Source of the DNA: Octopus vulgaris
Lineage: Eukaryota
NCBI GenBank assembly: GCA_951406725.2
Contig: OX597835.1
Coordinates: forward strand, 37,262,001-37,326,000
DNA: 64,000 nt
Direction: 5' to 3'
This document shows positions 1 to 12,484 of this stretch, one piece after another. Each line of letters begins with the position of its first letter. Positions within the stretch are counted from its first letter, which is position 1. The notes beneath the pieces were generated by a model. That model was not told where the DNA came from. It saw nothing but the letters and a program-made list of their open reading frames with translations, and ran no database searches. Position numbers and translations under genes: made by a program.

Positions 1-17
1 GTGAACTGTGGAAACAT

Positions 18-147
18 AACGTTTCGGACACGGTCCTTCTTCAGAGGAAAAGTTCTTTTCAACTTACAGGATGTAAAACTCTGATGTCTCTCATTAATTT
101 CTTGACTTTCAACTTTTCCCTCGAAGAAAGACTTTGTCCAAAACGTT
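18..147. ncRNA. Inverted pair of minimal hammerhead ribozyme motifs (Penelope-like pLTR remnant)
   Basis: Minus strand 18-50 reads CTGAAGA-A-GGAC(CGT)GTCC-GAAAC-GTT. A degenerate mirror copy lies on + at 111-147 (ctCGAAGA AAGAC TTT GTCC AAAACGTT). Stem I is weak. Confidence 0.6.
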
Positions 148-562
148 AGGCGCAGGAGTGGCTGTGTGGTAAGTAGCTTGCTAACCAACCACACGGTTCC
201 AGGTTCAGTCCCACTGCATGGCATCTTGGGCAAGTGTCTTCTGCTATAGCTCCGGGCCGAGCAATACCTTGTGAGTGGATTTGGTAGACGGAAACTGAAA
301 GAAGCCTGTCGTATACATGTATATATATATATATGTATGTATGTGTGTGTTTGTGTGTCTGTGTTTGTCCCCACCCCCAACATCGCTTGACAACTGATGC
401 TGGTGTGTTTATGTCCCCGTAACTTAGCGGTTCGGCCAAAGAGACCGATAGAATAAGTACTGGGCTTACAAAGAATAAGTCCCGGGGTCGATTTGCTCGA
501 CTAAAGGCGGCGCTCCAGCATGGCCGCAGTCAAATGACTGAAACAAGTAAAAAGTAAAAGAG
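148..562 (+). mobile_element. tRNA-derived SINE family A (full length)
   Basis: tRNA-like head with A/B-box-like motifs (TGGCTGTGTGG..., GGTTCAGTCCC), CORE-like CTTGGGCAAGTG block, internal (TA/TG)n and tail ...GACTGAAACAAGTAAAA. About 20 related copies in the window. Confidence 0.9.
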
Positions 563-806
563 TATGCAAATATATACACATACAGGAATTCAGTTGTATA
601 CACACACAATAGCATACATACATATATACAGTGAATAAAAGGGAGAATATATGCAAAATTATAAAAAAACAAAAGAGCTGAGAACATATATAACATGGTG
701 TACTAAAACCAAGTGAACCCTTATGTAAAGGTATATACATCCATATACACTCATGTGGATACATTATAAAAGTTCTAAAATGCTAACGGTGTATCATATG
801 GTTACA

Positions 807-1222
807 AGGCAGCAAGCTGGCAGAATTGTTAGCATGCCGGGCGAAATGCGTAGCCGTATTTCGTCCGCTGTTACGTTCTGAGTTCAAATTCCGCCAAGGT
901 CGACTTTGCCTTTCGTCCTTTCGGAGTCGATAAATCAAGTACCAGTTACGCACTGGGGTCGATGTAATCGACTTAATCCGTGTGTCTGTCCTTGTTTGTC
1001 CTCTCTGTGCTTAGCCCCTTGTGGGTAGTAAAGAAATAGGTATTTTGTCTGCCGTTATGTTCTGAGTTCAAATTCCGCCAAGGTCGACTTTGCCTTTCAT
1101 CCTTTCGGGGTTGATAAATTAAGTACCAGTTACGCATTGGGGTCGATGTAATTGACTTAATCCGTGTGTCTGTCCTTGTTTGTCCTCTCTGTGTTTAGTC
1201 CCTTGTGGGTAGTAAAGAAATA
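807..1222 (+). mobile_element. SINE family B (Nin/Deu-domain-like), tandem-duplicated body, 19-bp TSD
   Basis: GAGTTCAAATTCC B box and GCCTTTCATCCTTTCGGGG.CGATAAA..AAGTACC core are each present twice. TSD GGTGTATCATATGGTTACA at 788-806 and 1223-1241. Confidence 0.9.
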
Positions 1223-1384
1223 GGTGTATCATATGGTTACATTCAATAAATATGGAACACAGAAAGTGAAACAGATTTTAAGGTCGAAGGAATACATTCA
1301 TAAAAACAAATTAAAATAGTTAAGTGAATATTGAGAATTTGTAATATACTATATGGGTATACTTATTTGATTACATGTAAGTTT

Positions 1385-1700
1385 TAAAATTTGGTGAAAT
1401 TCCGAATTTTTACATTTTGACATGAAAAGATTTGTTCTGAAAATCGGTTGAAAATTAGTGTTTTAGAAAAATGAATTTTGAAGATCTTGGTTGTGCACAG
1501 GTTGCAAAGATTTCTGTGTTTCCATTATAAGAATGTGTCTTCGGATATCTTTGTCTTGGTTGATGTTGTTATCAAATCCCAAATAAAACTGCAGAGTGGT
1601 GTCATATTTTCTGTATGTGTGTGCTGACTGAAACACTTTGTATGGTGCACTGGTAAATTCCATGAGGCAGTTGTTGGAGTTCATGAATTTTAAATTGTTA
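1385..1700 (-). pseudogene. Degenerate Penelope-like element GIY-YIG endonuclease C-terminal fragment
   Basis: Frameshifted translation ...YRKYDTTL...DNNIN...SYNGNTE / LCNLCTTKIFKI...FNRFSEQIFSCQN resembles the PLE motif YN..CNLC..EK..I...LNKRSE..S.CRH. Confidence 0.55.
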
Positions 1701-1924
1701 GTGTTTGGTTTGGTTGTAGACTGGTTTAATCCAGACAAGTTGGGAGAAGTAAGAATATGAGAAGAAGTAGAAGTGGTGGAGTAAGATATTTTTATTGTAA
1801 GGCTATCAAACCTTTTGTCATTTTGCACTGTGCAGGGAAGTGTTTCCTAAGAAAGACAAGTATATCTTTATTACTAGGGTAGCAACGACTGAATTAAAAG
1901 GAAGATTATTAAATAGTTTTGTTT

Positions 1925-2015
1925 GTCTCCTGATTCTTTTCTGCGACATTCTAATCACATATCCATAGCACTGGAGCTGTGACCTTTCAATATGAAGTAG
2001 CGGCTCTACATAGTG
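1925..2015 (-). mobile_element. Small RTE-clade LINE ORF fragment
   Basis: VEPLLHIERSQLQCYGYVIRM resembles the RTE C-terminal motif IERSQLRWFGH..RM. Confidence 0.5.
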
Positions 2016-2379
2016 AAAGGGGAGGGTAGAGAACAACAGTATAATAGAAGTACGGAGAAATGAGAAGCACAGATAATATGCAGTGTGGATGGAGGTGAGA
2101 GAAGAATGTACAGGGAAAGCAATTGAGGTGAGAGATACATAGGGATAGAAACAATTAAATATATTTTGTAAGGTACATATGAAAACTTGATTTGTATACA
2201 CACACATTGTAGTAATATTTTATCATATTGTGCAAACTTAATGCTTGTCTTATTTTTGGTAAATTTAATTCATTCAGAGACTGTCAAATTATTTATTACA
2301 AGCAGTAGGAGTAAAATCCCCCTTATGTCTTTATATGATTTGGACTGGTATTTTTTAAATAATAACACATGTATAAGGT

Positions 2380-3050
2380 GAGGAAATAGATGTGTGGTTC
2401 AGAGGCTTGCTTTACAACCAGCTGGTTTCAGGTTCAGTCCCACTGTGTGGAATTCCGAGCCAATCTGTGCCTTGCGAGTGAATTTGGTAAATGAAAACTG
2501 TGTGGAAGCCAATCAAGTGTGTATATATATGTATGAGTGTGTGAGTGTGTGCATTTGTGTGCCTATCTGTGTGGGTCTTTATGTGTATATTCATCACCTC
2601 TGGGCCTTGCTTGATAACGGAAGTTAGTTTGTTTACATTCCAGTAACTTAGTAGTTTGGCAAAAGAGATGGCAGAATAAGAACCAGACTTTAAACAAAAC
2701 AGAAGTACTGGGGTCGATTCATCTTCATCATCGTTTAATGTCCGCTTTCCATGCGAGCAAATAGTTGGAGGATTTGACTGAGGACTGGCGAACCAGATGG
2801 CTGCACCAGGCTCCAATCTGATCTGGCAGAGTTTCTACAGCTGGATGCCCTTCCTAACGCCAACCACTCCGAGAGTGTAGTGGGTGCTTTTACGTACCAC
2901 CGGCACGAGGGCCAGTCAGGCAATACTGGCAACGGCCACACTCAAGTGGTGTTTTTATGTGCCACCTGCACAGGAGCCAGTCCAGCGGCATTGGCAAGCA
3001 CCCCAGCATGGCCACAGTCCAGTGACTGAAACAAGTAAAAGATAAAAGAT
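2380..3050 (+). mobile_element. Old SINE A interrupted by an RTE 3'-UTR fragment (2720-2998, minus)
   Basis: SINE A body to ~2720, tail resumes at ~3000. The insert begins with (CAT)n-CGTTTAATGTCCGC and matches 20900-21215. Confidence 0.8.
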
Positions 3051-4257
3051 AACCTATTAGTTTTTGCAGAGTAAATTAACCTAATAAAAGTTTTCTGTTT
3101 TAAATTCGTTTTATGGTTCTTTATGGCACTTTATGGTACTTAAATGTAAAGTAAGGCTGCTGTGTTTTTATTGATTCAGTGTTGTCATCAGAGTTAAGGA
3201 CGGACATAGCTTTTTTTGGCCATTAGTATTAATCTCATGGTGTTCCAGTTAACTTTCCAGGAAGTTTTTGAAGTTGGAAGCAGATACACATCTTAAGTGA
3301 TAAGTGTTCTGTATTTCATAATGATTTTTCATAGTTCATCAGATTGCACAAAGTTTTATTAGAATTTTTAATTTCCCTCGGTATGACAGATAATTCCGTC
3401 TGGAAGATATTGCTGAATTTTCTAAATTTAAAATGTTTCACAAAGGGAAACATTTTGTCTTCACCTCGCTGGAGTAGTTTGTTGATTGGTAGGCATTTGT
3501 TTGACTCAAAGCCAAATCTGAAGTTTGTCCAGTTATGCTGTTTATCGAAGAACATAACCGACCACCTATGTCTTGTAATGATCTGTTTTTTGCATTTGGT
3601 TCTCAAGATAAATTTTTTCTAACAGTATAGCTACATTTTGGTAGACATATTGATTTTTTGTTTCAGTAATTTTGCACTGTGGTTGGTAAAGGACTGCAGA
3701 AGAAACGACCTTTATATCATTTTGAATTTTGGCACAAGGTGCCAAAATAATGGCATCTTAATAAAAAAAAAAGAAGAAAAAAGAAGCAATTTTAGAGAGA
3801 GAAGTTTTAATGATTACATTGACCTCAGTAATTGACTTGCACTTTATTTCATCGACTCCAAGAGGATGAACTGCAAAGTTGACCTGGGTGGGATTTGAAC
3901 TCGGAAAGTAAAGAGTCAAAAGAAACAACACTAAGTATTTTATCCAGCACAGTAATGATACTGTCGGCTCACCACCTACAACAACCTTCATATTAAAGTC
4001 TACTTAAATGTAGCAAGCTGGCAGAATCGTTAGCACGCCAGGCAAAATGCTTAGTGGTATTTCATCTGTCTTTATGTTCTGAGTTCAAACTCCACCAGGG
4101 TTGTTTTTGTTTATTGGAAAAATGACATTCCCAGTGCACAACAGCATTTGCTTTTGCATCTAATTTTTTCATATCAAGAAACCAGCCATTCAAATACAGT
4201 AACAATGTGTGTGTTTTAGTAATTTGACTGTGTGTGAACATGCATGTGTATGTACAT

Positions 4258-5733
4258 ACAAGATGCTATCAAAAAGTCCCCGGACTAGTTATGTTTAATA
4301 AAAAATAAATTATTCATCTAAGTTTTAACACCATCCTCTTCGAAATAGTCAACTTGCATGGCAATACACTAGTCCCAACATTCCTGCCACTTTTGGAATC
4401 CAGCCTAGAAGTCATTTTCCATAAACGATTGGAAGACCTACAATTCGCTCTGGATCTCGACAATGGGTGTTAAAATGTTGATCTTTGAAATACCTTTTGA
4501 TCTTGGGGAAGAGATGGAAGTTTGCTGGGGCTAAATCTGGTGAATAGGACAGGTGCAGGAGCGATATCATGTTGTATTTGGTGAGAAACTCATGAGTGAG
4601 GAGAGGTCAATGATAGGGCGTATTGTTGTCAAGGAGGATCCAATTCTCACTCCACAGATCTGGTTGCTTTCATTAAATGTCCTCCTCCAAATGCTTCAAA
4701 AAGTCACATTAGAACTCTCGATTGATGGTCGGGTCCTGGGGGACAAATTTTTGATGCACAATACCACAGGTGCTACCAGATCCGCATCTGTGTGCGTCCA
4801 GTGGTGCCTGTGGGATAGAAGAGAGATCTCCTTGGTGACCAAAGGGCAAATCTACCAGGCCGTAATTCGTACTATCCTCCTGTATGGTTGTGAAACATGG
4901 GCTGTAGTCGATCAGCGAAGGCTGGAGGTGTTCGACAATGACTGTCTCCGCTGCATTCTTCGCTGCCGATGCACTGACGGGTTCCTACAGCCAGTCTTCA
5001 TCATCGCCTGAATCTCCGGCCCCTCCCTTCAGTGCTTAAGGTGGTTTGGTCATGGGGCTCGGCGTCCAGAGGGTGAGCTGATTCACAATGTCCTCCTCCC
5101 ACCTCCACTTCCCAACTGGCGCAAATGCATGGGCAGGCAGCTGAAGACCTGGGCAACGACGATAAAGGAGGACCTCGCAGGTGGTCGGTCTGCGCAGATG
5201 AAACCGTGAATGGCTCGCCATCTCCAGTGATCTTGCACAGGACCATCGAGCATGGGCCACCATGGTTGGTGATGTCATTAGGACCAGAGAAGAAGCCGTC
5301 TCAACCTGCCCTAGGTGAATACCGTCACAAGTACAAGCACCATGGATGTTGAAAAAAAAACTGATGAGCATGTTCTTGCTTGAGCTGTGGCTCAGTTGTG
5401 TACCCATGTCACTCAAAACATTGCATACAACCCATTGCTTCATTGTTGTAAGCTTGCCAAAGTATGCTCAATGTCTCTGTAGCAGACTTCCCAAGTTTAA
5501 CACAAAATTTCACATTGGTTCTTTGTTCCAGTTTCCTGTGCATGGCAAAAATCACAGACTACAGTATACACATGACCACAAAAACACAAATTTCATAAAG
5601 TATACACAGCAACATCACTCGGCACACTGCCCCAATAAAGGTCACTGCTAGCTCTCACTGCACACACAACCATAGGCTGCCATCTGTTGGCCCACTACAA
5701 AACTAGTCCAGGAACATTTGATACCACCTCATA
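4258..5733 (-). mobile_element. Decayed mariner transposon with nested RTE fragment
   Basis: Imperfect TIRs (TATCAAAAAGTCCCCGGACTAG / CTAGTCCAGGAACATTTGATA). Minus-strand PYSPDLAPANFHLFPKIK...GFQKWQECWD transposase C-terminus. Confidence 0.8.
4770..5340 (+). mobile_element. 5'-truncated RTE(BovB-like) LINE 3' end
   Basis: LWDRREISLVTKGQIYQAVIRTILLYGCETW...LEVFDNDCLRCIL; ends in a CAAGTACAAG tail. Confidence 0.8.
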
Positions 5734-5783
5734 TATTTATATGAATATATCATGAATGTCTCTCTCTCTCTCTCTCTCTCTCT

Positions 5784-5822
<39 letters not shown>

Positions 5823-5831
<9 letters not shown>

Positions 5832-6413
5832 TTAGAGATAAAACCACTATTAGGCAAATCAAACAATGAAAAACATAAGCCAATACATAAAATTAATTAA
5901 TTTATATTATTTTAAATATATATCAAAAGTATTAAAAGTTTAATAAAAGATAAAGAGTAAAACACTACGATTGTTTCATGGCTGTACAATTCGTAATAAT
6001 TCGAGTTATGGTTACAGTCAATCTTCAGGTAATTGAAATATTTATCTTAGCGAGGTTTAGCAATGAACCTTGGTCTAATGAACATTGCTAAACCTCGCTA
6101 AGATAAATATTTCAATTACCTGAAGATTGACTGTAACCATAACTCGAATTATTACGAATTGTACAGCCATGAAACAATCGTAGTGTTTTACTCTTTATCT
6201 TTTATTAAACTTTTAATACTTTTGATATATATTTAAAATAATATAAATTAATTAATTTTATGTATTGGCTTATGTTTTTCATTGTTTGATTTGCCTAATA
6301 GTGGTTTTATCTCTAATTTAATATAATATAATATTTTACTATAAAATTGGATTTAATCCTAAATCTGATTTTTCCCTGTAAGTTTGGATTTATTCCCTAA
6401 TATTTTATTATTA

Positions 6414-6420
<7 letters not shown>
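5823..6420. mobile_element. 243-bp-arm palindromic Penelope-like pLTR cassette carrying two hammerheads
   Basis: Arms 5823-6065 and 6083-6325 are reverse complements with a 17-nt spacer. Unique tail to ~6420, flanked by (TA)n. Confidence 0.8.
6114..6188 (+). ncRNA. Hammerhead ribozyme type I (mirror copy 5960-6034 on minus)
   Basis: AATTAC-CTGAAGA-TTGACTGTA...TACAGCCAT-GAAAC-AATC-GTA-GTGTTT; GUA cleavage triplet; stems imperfect. Confidence 0.65.
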
Positions 6421-6444
<24 letters not shown>

Positions 6445-6447
<3 letters not shown>

Positions 6448-6820
6448 TTTTTACTTGTTGTAGTCATTTGACTGCGGGCATGCTGGAGCATCCCCTTAAG
6501 ACAAACAAATCAACCATAGGACTTATTCTTTGTAAACCTAGTATTTATTCCATCGGTCTCTTTTGTTTAACTACTAAGTTATGGGGACGTAAACACACCA
6601 ACATCGGTTGTCAAGCAATGGGGTGGGGGGAGACAAACACAGACACACACATATATACAATGGGCTTCTTTCAATTTCCGTCTATGAAATCCACTCGCAA
6701 ATCTTTGGTTGGCCCAAAGCAAAAGTAAAAGACACTGACCCAAGGTGCAATGCACTGGGACTGAACTCGGAACCATGTGGTTGGGAAGCAAGCTTCTTAC
6801 CACACAGCCATGCTGCGCCT
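6445..6820 (-). mobile_element. SINE family A
   Basis: Reverse-complement similarity to 148-562. Confidence 0.85.
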
Positions 6821-7033
6821 GTATATATATATAGGCTTGAGTCAAGACTATTGGAAAGGTTGCAAGACGTGACAAAAATTTTAGGAAAATAAAAATAAGA
6901 AATAAGTGGAAATTTTACCAGTGTGTGTGTTACATAATAAGGCACAAAAAGAAAATGACTCTTCCCAGACACAACAGAATATGCTTCAACACACAAACTC
7001 ATATAAAGAATCTTGCAAACCAAATCCATAAAC

Positions 7034-7067
<34 letters not shown>

Positions 7068-7068
<1 letters not shown>

Positions 7069-7248
7069 TGGAGTAAACACAGAAATGTAAAAAAAGGTGG
7101 AAAAAAGAGTACTCAAATACCAGGGGTAGAGTAATATGCTTTATTTAAAAGCAGCAGAAATTCAACAAAACCTGTTACTTAGAGTAACAGGAATGTGAAA
7201 CTCCGAGTAACAGGTTTCGTTGAATTTCTGCTGCTTTTAAATAAAGTA
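7068..7248. mobile_element. Fold-back hammerhead-family cassette (same family as 26232, 42467, 49286)
   Basis: Starts CTGGAGTAAACAC; inverted arms TGCTTTATTTAAAAGCAGCAGAAATTCAAC..; partial GAAACTCCGAGTAACAG; sits in (TA)n. Confidence 0.75.
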
Positions 7249-7499
7249 TATATATATATATATTTGGTTATGATGATGATGATGATATACGGACAGACAC
7301 CTATTCATATATATGCATACAAATGTATAGCTGAGCACTGGGGTCAATGTAATCGACTTACCCCTCCTCTAAAATTGCTGGCCTAGGGCCAAAATTCGAA
7401 GCCTGTATTATACACCTAGCCCCATACATTATGCTTATCGTTTCCATTACAGAGAAGCCCAGGCTTTCTTCATCCTTTGTAGAAATGTTGCCACTTTGT

Positions 7500-8000
7500 C
7501 AGTTTCCAACAAAATTTCTTCAAAGTTATCCAATCACTTTGGACTTTAGTCCTCTTGCAATATGTTTCTTTACGATACCATCAAGCTATTCAGCAATTCT
7601 CTGAGCTGGAGTGTAATTTGAAAGATTATAGCTTGGCGGAAAGGTGTTTTTCTGTTTGTGAGTTTTTATTGTACCATAGATATATTCTAGATCAAACTCT
7701 CTTGTGTATTGAACAGGAACAGATCCTATTTGTGCGTTAACAGATGTAATTTACTTATCTGGTTTAATTTTTAGTTGTACAGCATCCTTGTTCTTAATAC
7801 AGACAAATTGACTGTTATCATTGCATTGCATATTGTTGATTTTTTAAAAATGTATTCGTCTTAGTTCATAATAACTCAGCTCTTATCGCTTCGACATATT
7901 ACAGTTTTATTGTCGTGCTTTTCCGTTTTTGATCCTATATAGCAAGATTAAGATTATTGCTAAGTACGTAATTTTTTATTTTTTTTTTGTAGTTGTGTTT
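7500..8000 (-). pseudogene. Degenerate Penelope-like reverse transcriptase N-terminal fragment
   Basis: Minus strand EFDLEYIYGTIKTHKQKNT / FRQAIIFQI...LDGIVKKHI resembles the PLE RT motif YG..K.HK....RPII. Confidence 0.55.
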
Positions 8001-8321
8001 GTATCTGCTTGTTTTCTTCACACCTGAATAAGTCTCACAGATTGTCGCCAATTCTTATTATGCCTTTATCGTTGAAAGTCTCTCCAGAGACTGATAAAGC
8101 AATTCAAGTTCAGTTAATTCTTCTGTTTTGGTCGTAATTTCCTTTTAGATGATAATTTGTGCCGATGCTTGGGTGCATACATACATATACACACACACAC
8201 ACATATATACACTCACACATACATACATACATAAATACATAGATATAGACATATGCACAAGTACATGCATATATACATACATGTGTACATACTCACACAT
8301 ACATACAGATATACATACATT

Positions 8322-8533
8322 TCTTTATTGCTCACAAGGGGCTAAACGAGGACAGACAAAGGGATTAAGTCAATTACATCGACCCCAGTGCATAACTGGT
8401 ACTTAATTTATCGACCCTGAAAGAATGAACGGCAAAGTCGACCTCAGCGGAATTTGAACACAGAACGTAACGATAGACAGAATACCACTAAGCATTTCAC
8501 CCGGCATACTAACGTGTCTGCCAGCTCGCCACC
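8322..8533 (-). mobile_element. SINE family B
   Basis: Reverse-complement similarity to 807-1040. Confidence 0.85.
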
Positions 8534-10201
8534 TATACATACATACATACATACATACATAGTTACATACATATATACATACAAAGTGATATCACCTTTT
8601 ATAGAAAATACACTGTAAATATGAGTTTCATACAAAACCAACAAATCAGTTGATTAGTTAATTAATTAATTAAACAATCACCAGACAACCTATGTTAGCT
8701 GCCAATATTGGAATATTCAAAATATACCAAGAATTTCAATGGTTGCACAATGTTTAATAATAAATGTTGCAAAGGTGAAATTCATAACATTGCAGCTTCA
8801 TACCAAGAGAAATTGGAAAACATTTGTTGTTAGTTTTAGCCTGAGGTTATGGTCATGCTAGGGCACCACCATTAAAATTATAATCGTCCGTAGAAGGACT
8901 TGAACCAGCGTCTCTCAGATTCCATCAATTCATAAAAATCTAATATTCTGGTCACTGAGCTGTGCAGGCTGACAAAATCCACTCCCAAGGCATTGGTCAG
9001 TCAGGGACTATAGTGAAAGACACTTGTCCTAAGTACCACACATTAAAACTAAACCTGTTGTATCTCGGGACAATTGGGGTCCTACCTTTTATAGGGTGGT
9101 AATTTGGGGTCAAATATGTAAGTTTATATAAGCCTGGTGGCCCAGAGAGGAGGTGCAGCATATTTGAGGGCTGTCCTGGGCTACATGTACTCTAATTACG
9201 TCACTGTTTTGGGAGGGTCATTACACAAATAATAAACACACACAATGGTTTTATTGCACATCCTTTATTTATTATTAATCAACTAGGAAACCATTTAAAG
9301 AATTAGCCAATCGATTGTTTGATTCATAGTTCTGTCAATTAGTCAGTCAACAAGGTTTATCAAAGTCCTTTCATCACTATTCGTAATCCTGTCATTGAAA
9401 TGCCTTCTTTACTCCATGTCTAGCTCAGATCTCAGCAATTAATTAGTTAATGGATTAAATGATTAACTAGTTGAGTAATGACTAATAATAATAATAATAA
9501 TAATAATAGAAGAAAGTGAAACAGAACCAGTGTATGTGTTTCTTATTGGTATGATGACCCTCCCAAGATTTCACAATTTTATCCTTTCAAAATTCATACC
9601 ATAAACAATAATGCATGCGTTGATATTTAACCCTTTGCCTGCTTTGTGTTTCATATGTGATACACAGGGTATACTTCCATGCCTTGGGACTTATGAAGGG
9701 AAAACTTTATTTTGCTCAGACCATATGAAAGATGGGCTAACTTAAAAATCTAAAAACAAGCATGGACATTTCGGATAAACTTGTGAAAATGCTTTGGGCA
9801 GAGAAAATGTTAAGAGTGGATGGCCTCAGTTTTAGTTTAATTCTTTACCTTTTCTGTGAATCATATCTGATATGCAAGAAATAATTCCTGGCATCTCTAC
9901 AACATATATGATAAACATGCCCATTTTTCCAACCACCCGAGTAACTTAGGATTTATGAAAGGAAAGCTTTGCATTACTCAGAATATATTAAACAAGGGCT
10001 GACTAAAAGTCTGCAAACAGTCATGTATGTTTAGGACAAACATTGTGAAAATGCTTTGGGCAGAAAAATGTCAAGAGTGAACTACCTCAGCTTTTGTTTA
10101 ACCTTTTGCCTCTGCTATGAATTACATCTGATACACAGGACATAATCCCTGGTGTCTGTGTCATATATGATAAACATACCCATTTTTTTACAACCACCAG
10201 A

Positions 10202-10592
10202 CACTAGCATAGCTAGAGTGTGTGCCGCCCAGGTTGGCCCTTCCATTTGCCACTCTGGACCCCACGAAAAACACATATTGCCTACAGCAGACCCAAAAGT
10301 GGTGCCCCTTTAACCCTTTCATTACCAACCCGGCTGAAACTGGCTCTGGCTCTCAGTACAAATGTCCTGTTTTCATAAGTTTTGAATTAAAATCTTCCAC
10401 CAAACCTTAGTCACAATTTATGTTCTTAACACTAGCTGAATGATAACTAAGTTATTTTACTAAATTCTTTGTTATATTTAAAGTAATTGAAAGAAGCACA
10501 GAGCATCTCAAAATAAATACAGTAACGAAAGGGTTAAAAGTGCCACCCGGGGCAGACCACCCCTATTGCACCCCGCTCTAGCTACACCAGTG
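10202..10592. mobile_element. hAT-like MITE with 8-bp TSD
   Basis: TIRs CACTAGCATAGCTAG / CTAGCTACACCAGTG; TSD CCACCAGA at 10194-10201 and 10593-10600. Confidence 0.8.
10314..10533. mobile_element. piggyBac-like MITE
   Basis: TTAA-CCCTTTCATTAC ... GTAACGAAAGGG-TTAA. A degraded relative lies at ~60274-60972. Confidence 0.85.
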
Positions 10593-10828
10593 CCACCAGA
10601 GTAATTTTGAACCTATGAAAGGAAGGCTTTGCATTATGCAGAATGTATTAAACAAGAGCTGACTAGAAGTCTGCAAACAGTCGACCGATAGAATAAGTAC
10701 TGGGCTTACAAAAGAATAAGTCCCAGGGTCGAGTTGCTCGATTAAAGGCGGTGCTCCAGCATGGCTGCAGTCAAATGACTGAAACAAGTAAAAGAGTAAA
10801 AGAGAGTCGTGAATGTGTAGGACAAACT

Positions 10829-11227
10829 GTGGAGGCGCAATGGCCCAGTGGTTAGGGCAGCGGACTTGTGGTCGTAGGATCGCAGTTTCGATTCCCAGAC
10901 CGGGCGTTGTGAGTGTTTATTGAGCGAAAACACCTAAAGCTCCACGAGGCTCCGGCAGGGGATGGTGGTGATCCCTGCTGTACTCTTTCACCACAACTTT
11001 CTCTCACTCTTACTTTCTGTTTCTGTTGTACCTGTATTTCAAAGGGCCGGCCTAGTCACCCTCTGTGTCACGCTGAATCTCCCCGAGAACTACGTTAAGG
11101 GTACACGTGTCTGTGGAGTGCTCAGCCACTTACACGTTAATTTCACAAGCAGGCTGTTCCGTTGAATCGGATCAACCGGAACCCTCGTCGTCGTAACCGA
11201 CGGAGTGCTAATTATGATTTATTATTA
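10829..11227 (+). mobile_element. tRNA-derived SINE family C
   Basis: Head GGAGGCGCAATGGCCCAGTGGTTAGGGCAGCGG...TTCGATTCCC; (ATT)n tail; 12-bp TSD GTAGGACAAACT at 10817 and 11228. Confidence 0.85.
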
Positions 11228-11714
11228 GTAGGACAAACTTATGAAAATGATTTAGACTGGGAAGGGGTTAAAGGCTTTATTACTTTCGTGTGGTCAAAAC
11301 TTTACTGTTCGCTATAAATGATATACTACTAGATAGAAGAGATGATAACCTAGATGAAATAAACAGTCCATACATCATTTTCTCTCATTTCAAACATCAT
11401 CATACCTTAATTGTAATTTATAGGAGCGAAATACGCAATTACTTTCTATATAATGATAATGTCGATGTCTTTTATAGCTAGGAGGGCGACGGTTAGAGTA
11501 CATTACAAGGACAAATTATAATGGGGTGGGAAGGACATACAACACTAATAATGTTTCCAAGTTCTGGCAAAAGGCCACAAAAGTGAGGGAATGGAATTTG
11601 CTTAGGGGTTGCAGACCCAAGTTGAAAATTCTTTTGCAAACAAGTTCAATGTTTTTGTCGAATGTTAATAACAAAACAAACAGAAATACTACTATTACTA
11701 CTACTACTGCTGAT

Positions 11715-11940
11715 GCTTTCAAGTTTTGGCACAAGGCCAGCAATTCAAGGGAGGGTCTAAGTCGATGAGATCGACTCCTAGGATTCAACTGGTACTTATG
11801 TCATCGACCTTGGAAAGATGAAAGGCAAAGTTGACCTTGGTGGTATTTGAACCCAGGATGTAAAGATTGATGACATGCTGCTAAGCATTTTGCCAGGTGT
11901 GCTAACGATTCTGCCAGCTCACCGCCTTACAACAACAACA

Positions 11941-11983
<43 letters not shown>

Positions 11984-12238
11984 ACAATACTACTACTACT
12001 ACTACTACTACTACTAATAATAATAACAAAAACAATAGGCCTACCATAGGCACAATTTTTAGGTCAATCACATTGACCCCAGAGCTCAACTGATACTTAT
12101 TTTATCGACCCTGAAAGGATGAAAGGTAAAGCTGACCTTGACGGAATTTGAACTCAGGACATAAAGATGAACAAAATGCCACTAAGCATTTTGCATGGCA
12201 TGCTAATGATTCTGTCAGCTTACCACCTAACAATAATG

Positions 12239-12272
<34 letters not shown>

Positions 12273-12460
12273 TAATAATATTCCTTTTTTCTATAAGCAT
12301 AAGGCCTGAAATTTGAGGGCAGGAGACTAGTGCTCAACTAGTACATATTTTATAGACCCTGAAAGGCAAAGTCAACCTTGGTGGAATTTGTACTCAGAAT
12401 GTAAAAATGGATGAAATGCTTCTAACCATTTTGCTCAGCATTTTAACAATTCTGCCATTT
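11715..12460 (-). mobile_element. Cluster of three degraded SINE B copies with (ACT)n/(AAT)n tracts
   Basis: Repeated GAAAGGCAAAGT.GACCTTGG.GGAATTTGAACTCAG motif. Confidence 0.8.
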
Positions 12461-12484
12461 TTTTTTTTTTTGTTTTTTTTTCAG

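Larger units (their letters stand above)
9628..11271. repeat. Tandem trimer of a TTAA-bounded piggyBac-like MITE unit, third unit multiply interrupted
   Basis: Units start TTAACCCTTTGCC (9628), TTAATTCTTTACC (~9837) and TTAACCTTTTGCC (~10098). They share TTATGAA.GGAAA.CTTT and TGTGAAAATGCTTTGGGCAG. The array ends GGGGTTAA at 11271. Confidence 0.65.

Noticed and set aside
3300-3610. Second PLE GIY-YIG-like remnant (NSNKTLCNL..YEK)
   Set aside because: Only one short motif is recognisable; needs a profile search.
9057-9570. Possible solo LTR or inverted repeat (TG start, TATA, AATAAA; GGGAGGGTCAT inverted at ~9555)
   Set aside because: No clear CA end or TSD, and the inverted match is short.
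10831-10905. tRNA gene (also 53675-53750)
   Set aside because: tRNA-like SINE heads continuing into SINE bodies, with no clean cloverleaf or terminator.
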